Source: Yuukianura sp. NJ FZ-2021
Taxonomy: Eukaryota
Direction of reading: 5' to 3'
DNA length: 64,000 nucleotides
Assembly (NCBI GenBank): GCA_046563655.1
Contig: JAJCTO010000011.1
Coordinates: 496,001 to 560,000, forward strand
Shown: in pieces, positions 34,801-48,800 of the stretch
Numbering within the stretch: the stretch's first letter is position 1
Layout of the letters: each line of letters starts with the position of its first letter
Program-made: the position numbers and the translations under genes
The notes under the pieces: model-generated
Told to the model about the DNA's origin: nothing
The model's input: only the letters and a program-made list of their open reading frames with translations
Databases searched by the model: none

Positions 34801-37800
34801 GACTTTTGTCTAGTTTGAGGATCTTCAAGTGGTTTTTTGAAACCAGTGTTGTTGAAAATATTTTTCAACTAAGGTCTGATTGAATCCTGAGGAACGGAAT
34901 TGTGCCAAGATAGCAATTTTAATTTGACGCTATGGAGACAGACTACAAAAATAGGGACATTTGTCTAGTTTGAGGATCTTCAAGTGGTTTTTTGAAACCA
35001 GTGTTGTTGAAAATATTTTTCAACTAAGGTCTGATTGAATCCTGAGGAACGGAATTGTGCCAAGATAGCAATTTTAATTTGACGCTATGGAGACAGACTA
35101 CAAAAATAGGGACATTTGTCTAGTTTGAGGATCTTCAAGTGGTTTTTCGAAACCAGTGTTGTTGAAAATATTTTTCAACTAAGGTCTGATTGAATACTGA
35201 GGAACGGAATTGTGCCAAGATAGCAATTTTAATTTGACGCTATGGAGACAGACTACAAAAATAGGGACATTTGTCTAGTTTGAGGATCTTCAAGTGGTTT
35301 TTTGAAACCAGTGTTGTTGAAAATATTTTTCAACTAAGGTCTGATTGAATCCTGAGGAACGGAATTGTGCCAAGATAGCAATTTTAATTTGACGCTATGG
35401 AGACAGACTACAAAAATAGGGACATTTGTCTAGTTTGAGGATCTTCAAGTGGTTTTTTGAAACCAGTGTTGTTGAAAATATTTTTCAACTAAGGTCTGAT
35501 TGAATCCTGAGGAACGGAATTGTGCCAAGATAGCAATTTTAATTTGACGCTATGGAGACAGACTACAAAAATAGGGACATTTGTCTAGTTTGAGGATCTT
35601 CAAGTGGTTTTTTGAAACCAGTGTTGTTGAAAATATTTTTCAACTAAGGTCTGATTGAATCCTGAGGAACGGAATTGTGCCAAGATAGCAATTTTAATTT
35701 GACGCTATGGAGACAGACTACAAAAATAGGGACATTTGTCTAGTTTGAGGATCTTCAAGTGGTTTTTTGAAACCAGTGTTGAAAATATTTTTCAACTAAG
35801 GTCTGATTGAATCCTGAGGAACGGAATTGTGCCAAGATAGCAATTTTAATTTGACGCTATGGAGACAGACTACAAAAATAGGGACATTTGTCTAGTTTGA
35901 GGATCTTCAAGTGGTATTTTGAAACCAGTGTTGTTGAAAATATTTTTCAACTAAGGTCTGATTGAATCCTGAGGAACGGAATTGTGCCAAGATAGCAATT
36001 TTAATTTGACGCTATGGAGACAGACTACAAAAATAGGGACATTTGTCTAGTTTGAGGATCTTCAAGTGGTTTTTTGAAACCAGTGTTGTTGAAAATATTT
36101 TTCAACTAAGGTCTGATTGAATCCTGAGGAACGGAATTGTGCCAAGATAGCAATTTTAATTTGACGCTATGGAGACAGACTACAAAAATAGGGACATTTG
36201 TCTAGTTTGAGGATCTTCAAGTGGTTTTTCGAAACCAGTGTTGTTGAAAATATTTTTCAACTAAGGTCTGATTGAATCCTGAGGAACGGAATTGTGCCAA
36301 GATAGCAATTTTAATTTGACGCTATGGAGACAGACTACAAAAATAGGGACATTTGTCTAGTTTGAGGATCTTCAAGTGGTTTTTTGAAACCAGTGTTGTT
36401 GAAAATATTTTTCAACTAAGGTCTGATTGAATCCTGAGGAACGGAATTGTGCCAAGATAGCAATTTTAATTTGACGCTATGGAGACAGACTACAAAAATA
36501 GGGACATTTGTCTAGTTTGAGGATCTTCAAGTGGTTTTTTGAAACCAGTGTTGTTGAAAATATTTTTCAACTAAGGTCTGATTGAATCCTGAGGAACGGA
36601 ATTGTGCCAAGATAGCAATTTTAATTTGACGCTATGGAGACAGACTACAAAAATAGGGACATTTGTCTAGTTTGAGGATCTTCAAGTGGTTTTTTGAAAC
36701 CAGTGTTGTTGAAAATATTTTTCAACTAAGGTCTGATTGAATCCTGAGGAACGGAATTGTGCCAAGATAGCAATTTTAATTTGACGCTATGGAGACAGAC
36801 TACAAAAATAGGGACATTTGTCTAGTTTGAGGATCTTCAAGTGGTTTTTTGAAACCAGTGTTGTTGAAAATATTTTTCAACTAAGGTCTGATTGAATCCT
36901 GAGGAACGGAATTGTGCCAAGATAGCAATTTTAATTTGACGCTATGGAGACAGACTACAAAAATAGGGACATTTGTCTAGTTTGAGGATCTTCAAGTGGT
37001 TTTTTGAAACCAGTGTTGTTGAAAATATTTTTCAACTAAGGTCTGATTGAATCCTGAGGAACGGAATTGTGCCAAGATAGCAATTTTAATTTGACGCTAT
37101 GGAGACAGACTACAAAAATAGGGACATTTGTCTAGTTTGAGGATCTTCAAGTGGTTTTTTGAAACCAGTGTTGTTGAAAATATTTTTCAACTAAGGTCTG
37201 ATTGAATCCTGAGGAACGGAATTGTGCCAAGATAGCAATTTTAATTTGACGCTATGGAGACAGACTACAAAAATAGGGACATTTGTCTAGTTTGAGGATC
37301 TTCAAGTGGTTTTTCGAAACCAGTGTTGTTGAAAATATTTTTCAACTACGGTCTGATTGAATACTGAGGAACGGAATTGTGCCAAGATAGCAATTTTAAT
37401 TTGACGCTATGGAGACAGACTACAAAAATAGGGACATTTGTATAGTTTGAGGATCTTCAAGTGGTTTTTTGAAACCAGTGTTGTTGAAAATATTTTTCAA
37501 CTAAGGTCTGATTGAATCCTGAGGAACGGAATTGTGCCAAGATAGCAATATTAATTTGACGCTATGGAGAAAGACTACAAAAATAGGGACATTTGTCTAG
37601 TTTGAGGATCTTAAAGTGGTTTTTTGAAACCAGTGTTGTTGAAAATATTTTTCAACTAAGGTCTGATTGAATCCTGAGGAACGGAATTGTGCCAAGATAG
37701 CAATTTTAATTTGACGCTATGGAGACAGACTACAAAAATAGTGACATTTGTCTAGTTTGAGGATCTTCAAGTGGTTTTTTGAAACCAGTGTTGTTGAAAA

Positions 37801-39166
37801 TATTTTTCAACTAAGGTCTGATTGAATCCTGAGGAACGGAATTGTGCCAAGATAGCAATTTTAATTTGACGCTATGGAGACAGACTACAAAAATAGGGAC
37901 ATTTGTCTAGTTTGAGGATCTTCAAGTGGTTTTTTGAAACCAGTGTTGTTGAAAATATTTTTCAACTAAGGTCTGATTGAATCCTGAGGAACGGAATTGT
38001 GCCAAGATAGCAATTTTAATTTGACGCTATGGAGACAGACTACAAAAATAGGGACATTTGTCTAGTTTGAGGATCTTCAAGTGGTTTTTTGAAACCAGTG
38101 TTGTTGAAAATATTTTTCAACTAAGGTCTGATTGAATCCTGAGGAACGGAATTGTGCCAAGATAGCAATTTTAATTTGACGCTATGGAGACAGACTACAA
38201 AAATAGGGACATTTGTCTAGTTTGAGGATCTTCAAGTGGTTTTTTGAAACCAGTGTTGTTGAAAATATTTTTCAACTAAGGTCTGATTGAATCCTGAGGA
38301 ACGGAATTGTGCCAAGATAGCAATTTTAATTTGACGCTATGGAGACAGACTACAAAAATAGGGACATTTGTCTAGTTTGAGGATCTTCAAGTGGTTTTTT
38401 GAAACCAGTGTTGTTGAAAATATTTTTCAACTAAGGTCTGAAATTCAATCCTGAGGAACGGAATTGTGCCAAGATAGCAATTTTAATTTGACGCTATGGA
38501 GACAGACTACAAAAATAGGGACATTTGTCTAGTTTGAGGATCTTCAAGTGGTTTTTTGAAACCAGTGTTGTTGAAAATATTTTTCAACTAAGGTCTGATT
38601 GAATCCTGAGGAACGGAATTGTGCCAAGATAGCAATTTTAATTTGACGCTATGGAGACAGACTACAAAAATAGGGACATTTGTCTAGTTTGAGGATCTTC
38701 AAGTGGTTTTTTGAAACCAGTATTGAAAATATTTTTCAACTAAGGTCTGATTGAATCCTGAGGAACGGAATTGTGCCAAGATAGCAATTTTAATTTGACG
38801 CTATGGAGACAGACTACAAAAATAGGGACATTTGTCTAGTTTGAGGATCTTAAAGTGGTTTTTTGAAACCAGTGTTGTTGAAAATATTTTTCAACTAAGG
38901 TCTGATTGAATCCTGAGGAACGGAATTGTGCCAAGATAGCAATTTTAATTTGACGCTATGGAGACAGACTACAAAAATAGGGACATTTGTCTGGTTTGAG
39001 GATCTTCAAGTGGTTTTTTGAAACCAGTGTTGTTGAAAATATTTTTCAACTAAGGTCTGATTGAATCCTGAGGAACGGAATTGTGCCAAGATAGCAATTT
39101 TAATTTGACGCTATGGAGACAGACTACAAAAATAGTGACATTTGTCTAGTTTGAGGATCTTCAAGT
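31810..39166 (+). repeat. Satellite B, 155-bp monomer, left block (~47 copies)
   Basis: 155-bp period (36541 to 38401 = 12 units); 152-bp and 157-bp variants present. Confidence 0.98.
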
Positions 39167-42100
39167 TTTTATTTAACATAACAGAACTGAAAAAACTTAC
39201 ACCTGCCAGAGGCAGGTTGAGGTATTTAAAGACGTATTGAAAAAATTTTTAAATCATATAAATTTCGTAGAGTTCTTTTCCTGACGGTAGGGTACCCAAT
39301 ATAGAAGTGGCATTTCCTCTTTGGATGGCAAGGCTAATTCGTTGAAAGAGGAAGGATGTTGCTCGATTGTCACCGGTGGCTTCTGAGAGGCGATGTCCAA
39401 TGGAATTGAGTAGACGTCGGCCTTCTTCCCCGTAGACTCCAGTTGTCTCGACTGCAATGATGGAAACAATAAATCGATGATCAAGGTCACGGTAGAGGTC
39501 ATGCTTATGGATTTCAGCAACGGCAGCAGGATGACCGAGAACGGAGGATGATGTTGCTAGGTAGGACGCAGCGAAGGTGTCACGGCAGGTAAAGTCCCAG
39601 GCAAGGGAGCGACCGGACTTCCAAGGAATGAGAGTGATTCCATCAGGTCGCTTTCCATCAGTTCTGGAACAGCCGGAAGGTTCTTTCATACATGGTATTC
39701 CACTTGTTTGAAGCGATCTTGAAATGATGTCGTTTACAGCGGCGTGTCTTGAATGTCTGCCTGCACTTCTCGTACAGCTTAGGCCGTGCAAGCCGTTGCT
39801 TGATACCAAAGTTCCGCATGGACATCGATGAGGTTGGCAAATTTCGGTGCCTAGCCGCAATCCACAAGAAATTCTGAAGGTTTCGTCTGAAAGGAGCGTC
39901 CCAAGAGGCGAAGATGGAATAGCCAGTAGCCAATCTCCAGAATGAGGGGCGGCTGAAGCAAGCAGTCGTGCTTTATCGATGGGAGTGGTTGATTTCTCCA
40001 GCAGGTTGGAGTAGATTTTTTCGAAGATCTGAATTTCCCAGAGTTTTTGTATTTTTCCATCTTGCGGCGTTATGAAGTCCAAATTTGACCAACTGAGGGA
40101 AGCAAGGTCCACTGACTTATCGAAAGGCGAAAGATGTGGTGGAAGGAAGGTAGAAATTAGTTCGGCACAACTATAGACTGAAGCCAAAAAGGAAAATGTA
40201 GCACAGTCCGTCGCGTGGCGAATGCCTAAACCCCCTTGATTCACAGGCAAAGAAGACTGCAACCATGCTTCTTCATTCAAACTTGAGTTCAGGATGGATT
40301 CCAACACGGTGCGTAAAGCTGAGTCGTAAGCTTGTAGGAGGTCAGGTTCGAGGAATGCAGGAGAACATCTGACAAAGTACAGAAGTCTTGGTGTTGAAAT
40401 TGATGCCCTAAGTAGAAAAAACGCTACATGGGCTGGCAGGCAAGAGAGTCTTGATGAAAGTCTGTTGAAGTCATCAGTTTTGGATTTGAGGATACGACGT
40501 GAAGATTCTTTGAACAGAGGCGCTCCCAACAGTTCCGATTGTCCTTTCTCGGGGAAGACGAACTCCGGCGAAATCGATTTGAAGGAGTTGGTGATTAACT
40601 TTTGTTCAGACTGGTCGGCAGACAGAATGATTACTTCGCATTTCTTCATGTTCAAATGCAGACCAAAAGAACTGGCACTAGATTGGATGGTTATGAGGTT
40701 TTTGAGCACAACATCTGGAGAGTCGCCAATTGTCGCGTCGTCTAAGTACCACGAATTGAATTCGGTCGTTAGGGATGCGGCTAGTGGGTGAATTGTTAGT
40801 GCGAAAAGTGCAGGACCCAATGGGCAACCTTGTTGGACTCCTAACTTGGACTTGATGCAGCTAGAGTTGTAGAAGAGGTCTGATTCGAACGAGTATGCTT
40901 GAGAGACGAAATTGAAGATTTCTGGTAGATGAGTTTTCACAGCATTCAGCATTTGATCTCTTCTGATAAGATTAAAGGCGTTTCGAAAATCCAACTTCAG
41001 AAGAACCTTGGGAGAGGCGTGATTGGCGTTGCAGAAGATCCTGGCAGCATGAGCCACGGCTTCGGCTCCGTTCTTGACGCCGACGCCTGTTTGAATTGGA
41101 TGTAGGATGGACGAAATGGCGTTCATTGAGCGCGACAGGATTAGCTTCGACACTAGGCGTCTCCAGGTGAGGCCGATTGCAATTGGCCGGATTCCACCTT
41201 TTTCTTCTGAATCGCAATAAGGGAAGCACCGAAGAACACAGGCCGGATGTCGACAGGAAGAGAATCATTAGCGATGAGATTGCACAGCTTGGAAATTGAA
41301 GATAGCAGCGCTAAACCTGCATCTCCTGATGATTTTGATGTAAGTTCTTTTAGTATTTGAGGACGAAGCGAGTCAAGGCCACCGGAAGAACCATTTGGGA
41401 ATGAAGAGATAGATTTCAGGATGTCACTTTCTTCGAAAATGATGTTTGTTGGAGAAGGTGGGTCTGGCATGACGGTTGGTAGAGGATGAGCCGGGTGTAA
41501 CTCGTGGAGGGCTTCAATAGTGGAGGAGTCATCCGATGCCAAACAGTCATCAGAACAGAGAACTCGAATGGATCCACGAATGTCGCCGTCCGCTAGTTTA
41601 GATTGAACGAGTTTGGAACAATTCCAGTGTTGGGATGATGGCAAGTAGCGGGGGAGATTATGAGTTGATGGTGAGTTGAAGAACGTAGACGATGAGGAGG
41701 AGAAGCGGGTGACATTTGACTTCACCCATTTGGTCAGATTTGGAACAGGGTCTTCTTTTTTCGGAAGATGTAGTGCAGCATATGGAAAAAAGAAAAGCCT
41801 TTCCCACGATTCCGAGGAGTTTTCGGTAACGACTTGTTCTATGACGGCGGAGAGTGTGGATGCCACAACTTGTCTAGCTCCCTTGGGGATGTGTTTGAGA
41901 ATTTGAATTGATTTTTTCAAAAGTGCGAGTCGTGAACCAATAGTAAGATCCGGAGATGATGATTGAGCAGTGGGGTCCAAAAATGTAATCCCAAGATACG
42001 ATTGTTCAATGTGTTTCCGTCCGCTCGCCCTTGTTTTGGTGATATTTGGAAATATCTTCAAAAGTTTTGAACCCATGGTTGTGTCAGCTAGTGGTTTGAT

Positions 42101-42835
42101 ATGAATTGATGCACAAAAGCGGTGGTATTTGTCTTTAAATTCCTGCTTTTTCATCAAGCCACCGGAGACAAGGCGGATATTGTTTGAGATCCAGTCGTCA
42201 CTTAGTTTGGAAATTACAGATTTGCTTCGATTCTTGGAAGTAGAAGTACGATTGGAGAATGTCTGATGTCTGGCTGAATCGTCAACTCCCAATCCGCAGT
42301 CATCTAATGATGACCCGATTCCGGGAATCTCCACGATTGTAATGTCACGGATCGATGTTTCTGGGTCGTTTTGAACGACATTGGGATCAGACGAACAGTC
42401 AAAAGTAAAGTTGGTTTGAGAGTCTTGATTCGGATGAATGTTTGAACTGAAGTTTTCCATTCTCTCACTTGTTGTTGTTGTCAAGGTTATGCGAATGATA
42501 ATTGTGAATTCGGAATTTTTCGAAGAAAAATTAGTGAAGGCCCAATGTTGTCCAGGAGATAAGCAATTGATGATTTGTTTGTTTGAGTTATGATGTCTTG
42601 AGAGCGAATTTTGGAGTCAGAATTTCAGGACTTTGGTTGACGAAAGTGGGCCAGTTGACAAGTGTCCGGTTGTAAAATGCATGTAGAAGCACATCAAAGG
42701 ATGCGCGACAATGAGATGAACAATCTGATATGAAAATGATGGACTTTTGTACTAAATTCACTCAGAAAACAATCAAAAACTCGGGAGCGAATTTTTGCGT
42801 GTCAACAGATTGTTTGTTTTATTTCGTGGTTAATA
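39167..42835 (-). mobile_element. CRE-like RLE non-LTR retrotransposon (3.67 kb) inserted in satellite B
   Basis: TSD ATCTTCAAGT at 39157-39166 and 42836-42845 (last T ambiguous with the A tail); 3' end AAATAAAA; RT plus C-terminal restriction-like endonuclease. Confidence 0.92.
39249..42484 (-). pseudogene. Single ORF (winged-helix / RT / zinc knuckle / PD-D endonuclease) with a 1-bp frameshift at ~41200
   Basis: GSSGGLDSLRP, GGIRPIAIG..RRLVSK (after the shift), QTGVG, LDFRNAFN, GVQQGCPLGP, WYLDD, GGLGI, CPC..H..C..RH, RPDG..WDFT. Confidence 0.9.
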
Positions 42836-45800
42836 ATCTTCAAGTGGTTTTTTGAAACCAGTGTTGAAAATATTTTTCAACTAAGGTCTCGTTGAATCCT
42901 GAGGAACGGAATTGTGCCAAGATAGCAATTTTAATTTGACGCTATGGAGACAGACTACAAAAATAGGGACATTTGTCTAGTTTGAGGATCTTCAAGTGGT
43001 TTTTCGAAACCAGTGTTGTTGAAAATATTTTTCAACTACGGTCTGATTGAATACTGAGGAACGGAATTGTGCCAAGATAGCAATTTTAATTTGACGCTAT
43101 GGAGACAGACTACAAAAATAGGGACATTTGTCTGGTTTGAGGATCTTCAAGTGGTTTTTTGAAACCAGTGTTGTTGAACATATTTTTCAACTAAGGTCTG
43201 ATTGAATCCTGAGGAACGGAATTGTGCCAAGATAGCAATTTTAATTTGACGCTATGGAGACAGACTACAAAAATAGGGACATTTGTCTAGTTTGAGGATC
43301 TTCAAGTGGTTTTTTGAAACCAGTGTTGTTGAAAATATTTTTCAACTAAGGTCTGAAATTGAATCCTGAGGAACGGAATTGTGCCAAGATAGCAATTTTA
43401 ATTTGACGCTATGGAGACAGACTACAAAAATAGGGACATTTGTCTAGTTTGAGGATCTTCAAGTGGTTTTTTGAAACCAGTGTTGTTGAAAATATTTTTC
43501 AACTACGGTCTGATTGAATCCTGAGGAACGGAATTGTGCCAAGATAGCAATTTTAATTTGACGCTATGGAGACAGACTACAAAAATAGGGACATTTGTCT
43601 AGTTTGAGGATCTTCAAGTGGTTTTTGAAACCAGTGTTGTTGAAAATATTTTTCAACTAAGGTCTGATTGAATCCTGAGGAACGGAATTGTGCCAAGATA
43701 GCAATTTTAATTTGACGCTATGGAGACAGACTACAAAAATAGGGACATTTGTCTAGTTTGAGGATCTTCAAGTGGTTTTTTGAAACCAGTGTTGTTGAAA
43801 ATATTTTTCAACTAAGGTCTGATTGAATCCTGAGGAACGGAATTGTGCCAAGATAGCAATTTTAATTTGACGCTATGGAGACAGACTACAAAAATAGGGA
43901 CATTTGTCTAGTTTGAGGATCTTCAAGTGGTTTTTTGAAACCAGTGTTGAAAATATTTTTCAACTAAGGTCTGATTGAATCCTGAGGAACGGAATTGTGC
44001 CAAGATAGCAATTTTAATTTGACGCTATGGAGACAGACTACAAAAATAGGGACATTTGTCTGGTTTGAGGATCTTCAAGTGGTTTTTTGAAACCAGTGTT
44101 GTTGAAAATATTTTTCAACTAAGGTCTGATTGAATCCTGAGGAACGGAATTGTGCCAAGATAGCAATTTTAATTTGACGCTATGGAGACAGACTACAAAA
44201 ATAGGGACATTTGTCTAGTTTGAGGATCTTCAAGTGGTTTTTTGAAACCAGTGTTGTTGAAAATATTTTTCAACTAAGGTCTGATTGAATCCTGAGGAAC
44301 GGAATTGTGCCAAGATAGCAATTTTAATTTGACGCTATGGAGACAGACTACAAAAATAGGGACATTTGTCTAGTTTGAGGATCTTCAAGTGGTTTTTCGA
44401 AACCAGTGTTGTTGAAAATATTTTTCAACTAAGGTCTGATTGAATACTGAGGAACGGAATTGTGCCAAGATAGCAATTTTAATTTGACGCTATGGAGACA
44501 GACTACAAAAATAGGGACATTTGTCTGGTTTGAGGATCTTCAAGTGGTTTTTTGAAACCAGTGTTGTTGAAAATATTTTTCAACTAAGGTCTGATTGAAT
44601 CCTGAGGAACGGAATTGTGCCAAGATAGCAATTTTAATTTGACGCTATGGAGACAGACTACAAAAATAGGGACATTTGTCTAGTTTGAGGATCTTCAAGT
44701 GGTTTTTTGAAACCAGTGTTGTTGAAAATATTTTTCAACTAAGGTCTGATTGAATCCTGAGGAACGGAATTGTGCCAAGATAGCAATTTTAATTTGACGC
44801 TATGGAGACAGACTACAAAAATAGGGACATTTGTCTAGTTTGAGGATCTTCAAGTGGTTTTTTGAAACCAGTGTTGTTGAAAATATTTTTCAACTAAGGT
44901 CTGATTGAATCCTGAGGAACGGAATTGTGCCAAGATAGCAATTTTAATTTGACGCTATGGAGACAGACTACAAAAATAGGGACATTTGTCTAGTTTGAGG
45001 ATCTTCAAGTGGTTTTTTGAAACCAGTGTTGTTGAAAATATTTTTCAACTAAGGTCTGATTGAATCCTGAGGAACGGAATTGTGCCAAGATAGCAATTTT
45101 AATTTGACGCTATGGAGACAGACTACAAAAATAGGGACATTTGTCTAGTTTGAGGATCTTCAAGTGGTTTTTTGAAACCAGTGTTGTTGAAAATATTTTT
45201 CAACTAAGGTCTGATTGAATCCTGAGGAACGGAATTGTGCCAAGATAGCAATTTTAATTTGACGCTATGGAGACAGACTACAAAAATAGGGACATTTGTC
45301 TAGTTTGAGGATCTTCAAGTGGTTTTTTGAAACCAGTGTTGGAAAATATTTTTCAACTAAGGTCTGATTGAATCCTGAGGAACGGAATTGTGCCAAGATA
45401 GCAATTTTAATTTGACGCTATGGAGACAGACTACAAAAATAGGGACATTTGTCTAGTTTGAGGATCTTCAAGTGGTTTTTTGAAACCAGTGTTGTTGAAA
45501 ATATTTTTCAACTAAGGTCTGATTGAATCCTGAGGAACGGAATTGTGCCAAGATAGCAATTTTAATTTGACGCTACGGAGACAGACTACAAAAATAGGGA
45601 CATTTGTCTAGTTTGAGGATCTTCAAGTGGTTTTTTGAAACCAGTGTTGAAAATATTTTTCAACTAAGGTCTGATTGAATCCTGAGGAACGGAATTGTGC
45701 CAAGATAGCAATTTTAATTTGACGCTATGGAGACAGACTACAAAAATAGGGACATTTGTCTGGTTTGAGGATCTTCAAGTGGTTTTTTGAAACCAGTGTT

Positions 45801-48800
45801 GTTGAAAATATTTTTCAACTAAGGTCTGATTGAATCCTGAGGAACGGAATTGTGCCAAGATAGCAATTTTAATTTGACGCTATGGAGACAGACTACAAAA
45901 ATAGGGACATTTGTCTAGTTTGAGGATCTTCAAGTGGTTTTTGAAACCAGTGTTGAAAATATTTTTCAACTAAGGTCTGATTGAATCCTGAGGAACGGAA
46001 TTGTGCCAAGATAGCAATTTTAATTTGACGCTATGGAGACAGACTACAAAAATAGGGACATTTGTCTAGTTTGAGGATCTTCAAGTGGTTTTTTGAAACC
46101 AGTGTTGTTGAAAATATTTTTCAACTAAGGTCTGAAATTCAATCCTGAGGAACGGAATTGTACCAAGATAGCAATTTTAATTTGACGCTATGGAGACAGA
46201 CTACAAAAATAGGGACATTTGTCTAGTTTGAGGATCTTCAAGTGGTTTTTTAAAACCAGTGTTGTTGAAAATATTTTTCAACTAAGGTCTGATTGAATCC
46301 TGAGGAACGGAATTGTGCCAAGATAGCAATTTTAATTTGACGCTATGGAGACAGACTACAAAAATAGGGACATTTGTCTAGTTTGAGGATCTTCAAGTGG
46401 TTTTTTGAAACCAGTGTTGTTGAAAATATTTTTCAACTAAGGTCTGATTGAATCCTGAGGAACGGAATTGTGCCAAGATAGCAATTTTAATTTGACGCTA
46501 TGGAGACAGACTACAAAAATAGGGACATTTGTCTGGTTTGAGGATCTTCAAGTGGTTTTTTGAAACCAGTGTTGTTGAAAATATTTTTCAACTAAGGTCT
46601 GATTGAATCCTGAGGAACGGAATTGTGCCAAGATAGCAATTTTAATTTGACGCTATGGAGACAGACTACAAAAATAGGGACATTTGTCTAGTTTGAGGAT
46701 CTTCAAGTGGTTTTTTGAAACCAGTATTGTTGAAAATATTATTCAACTAAGGTCTGATTGAATCCTGAGGAACGGAATTGTGCCAAGATAGCAATTTTAA
46801 TTTGACGCTATGGAGACAGACTACAAAAATAGGGACATTTGTCTAGTTTGAGGATCTTCAAGTGGTTTTTTGAAACCAGTGTTGTTGAAAATATTTTTCA
46901 ACTAAGGTCTGATTGAATCCTGAGGAACGGAATTGTGCCAAGATAGCAATTTTAATTTGACGCTATGGAGACAGACTACAAAAATAGGGACATTTGTCTA
47001 GTTTGAGGATCTTCAAGTGGTTTTTTGAAACCAGTGTTGTTGAAAATATTTTTCAACTAAGGTCTGATTGAATCCTGAGGAACGGAATTGTGCCAAGATA
47101 GCAATTTTAATTTGACGCTATGGAGACAGACTACAAAAATAGGGACATTTGTCTAGTTTGAGGATCTTCAAGTGGTTTTTTGAAACCAGTGTTGTTGAAA
47201 ATATTTTTCAACTAAGGTCTGATTGAATCCTGAGGAACGGAATTGTGCCAAGATAGCAATTTTAATTTGACGCTATGGAGACAGACTACAAAAATAGGGA
47301 CATTTGTCTAGTTTGAGGATCTTCAAGTGGTTTTTTGAAACCAGTGTTGTTGAAAATATTTTTCAACTAAGGTCTGATTGAATCCTGAGGAACGGAATTG
47401 TGCCAAGATAGCAATTTTAATTTGACGCTATGGAGACAGACTACAAAAATAGGGACATTTGTCTAGTTTGAGGATCTTCAAGTGGTTTTTTGAAACCAGT
47501 GTTGTTGAAAATATTTTTCAACTAAGGTCTGATTGAATCCTGAGGAACGGAATTGTGCCAAGATAGCAATTTTAATTTGACGCTATGGAGACAGACTACA
47601 AAAATAGGGACATTTGTCTAGTTTGAGGATCTTCAAGTGGTTTTTTGAAACCAGTGTTGTTGAAAATATTTTTCAACTAAGGTCTGATTGAATCCTGAGG
47701 AACGGAATTGTGCCAAGATAGCAATTTTAATTTGACGCTATGGAGACAGACTACAAAAATAGGGACATTTGTCTAGTTTGAGGATCTTCAAGTGGTTTTT
47801 TGAAACCAGTGTTGTTGAAAATATTTTTCAACTAAGGTCTGATTGAATCCTGAGGAACGGAATTGTGCCAAGATAGCAATTTTAATTTGACGCTATGGAG
47901 ACAGACTACAAAAATAGGGACATTTGTCTAGTTTGAGGATCTTCAAGTGGTTTTTTGAAACCAGTGTTGTTGAAAATATTTTTCAACTAAGGTCTGATTG
48001 AATCCTGAGGAACGGAATTGTGCCAAGATAGCAATTTTAATTTGACGCTATGGAGACAGACTACAAAAATAGGGACATTTGTCTAGTTTGAGGATCTTCA
48101 AGTGGTTTTTTGAAACCAGTGTTGTTGAAAATATTTTTCAACTAAGGTCTGATTGAATCCTGAGGAACGGAATTGTGCCAAGATAGCAATTTTAATTTGA
48201 CGCTATGGAGACAGACTACAAAAATAGGGACATTTGTCTAGTTTGAGGATCTTCAAGTGGTTTTTTGAAACCAGTGTTGTTGAAAATATTTTTCAACTAA
48301 GGTCTGATTGAATCCTGAGGAACGGAATTGTGCCAAGATAGCAATTTTAATTTGACGCTATGGAGACAGACTACAAAAATAGGGACATTTGTCTAGTTTG
48401 AGGATCTTCAAGTGGTTTTTTGAAACCAGTGTTGTTGAAAATATTTTTCAACTAAGGTCTGATTGAATCCTGAGGAACGGAATTGTGCCAAGATAGCAAT
48501 TTTAATTTGACGCTATGGAGACAGACTACAAAAATAGGGACATTTGTCTAGTTTGAGGATCTTCAAGTGGTTTTTTGAAACCAGTGTTGTTGAAAATATT
48601 TTTCAACTAAGGTCTGATTGAATCCTGAGGAACGGAATTGTGCCAAGATAGCAATTTTAATTTGACGCTATGGAGACAGACTACAAAAACAGGGACATTT
48701 GTCTAGTTTGAGGATCTTCAAGTGGTTTTTTGAAACCAGTGTTGAAAATATTTTTCAACTAAGGTCTCGTTGAATCCTGAGGAACGGAATTGTGCCAAGA

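Noticed and set aside
42485..42760. Possible degenerate Ulp1-like protease upstream of the CRE ORF (QIINCLSPGQHW)
   Set aside because: Only a short HW motif; stop at 42617-42619 and no convincing downstream Asp or Gln/Cys motifs
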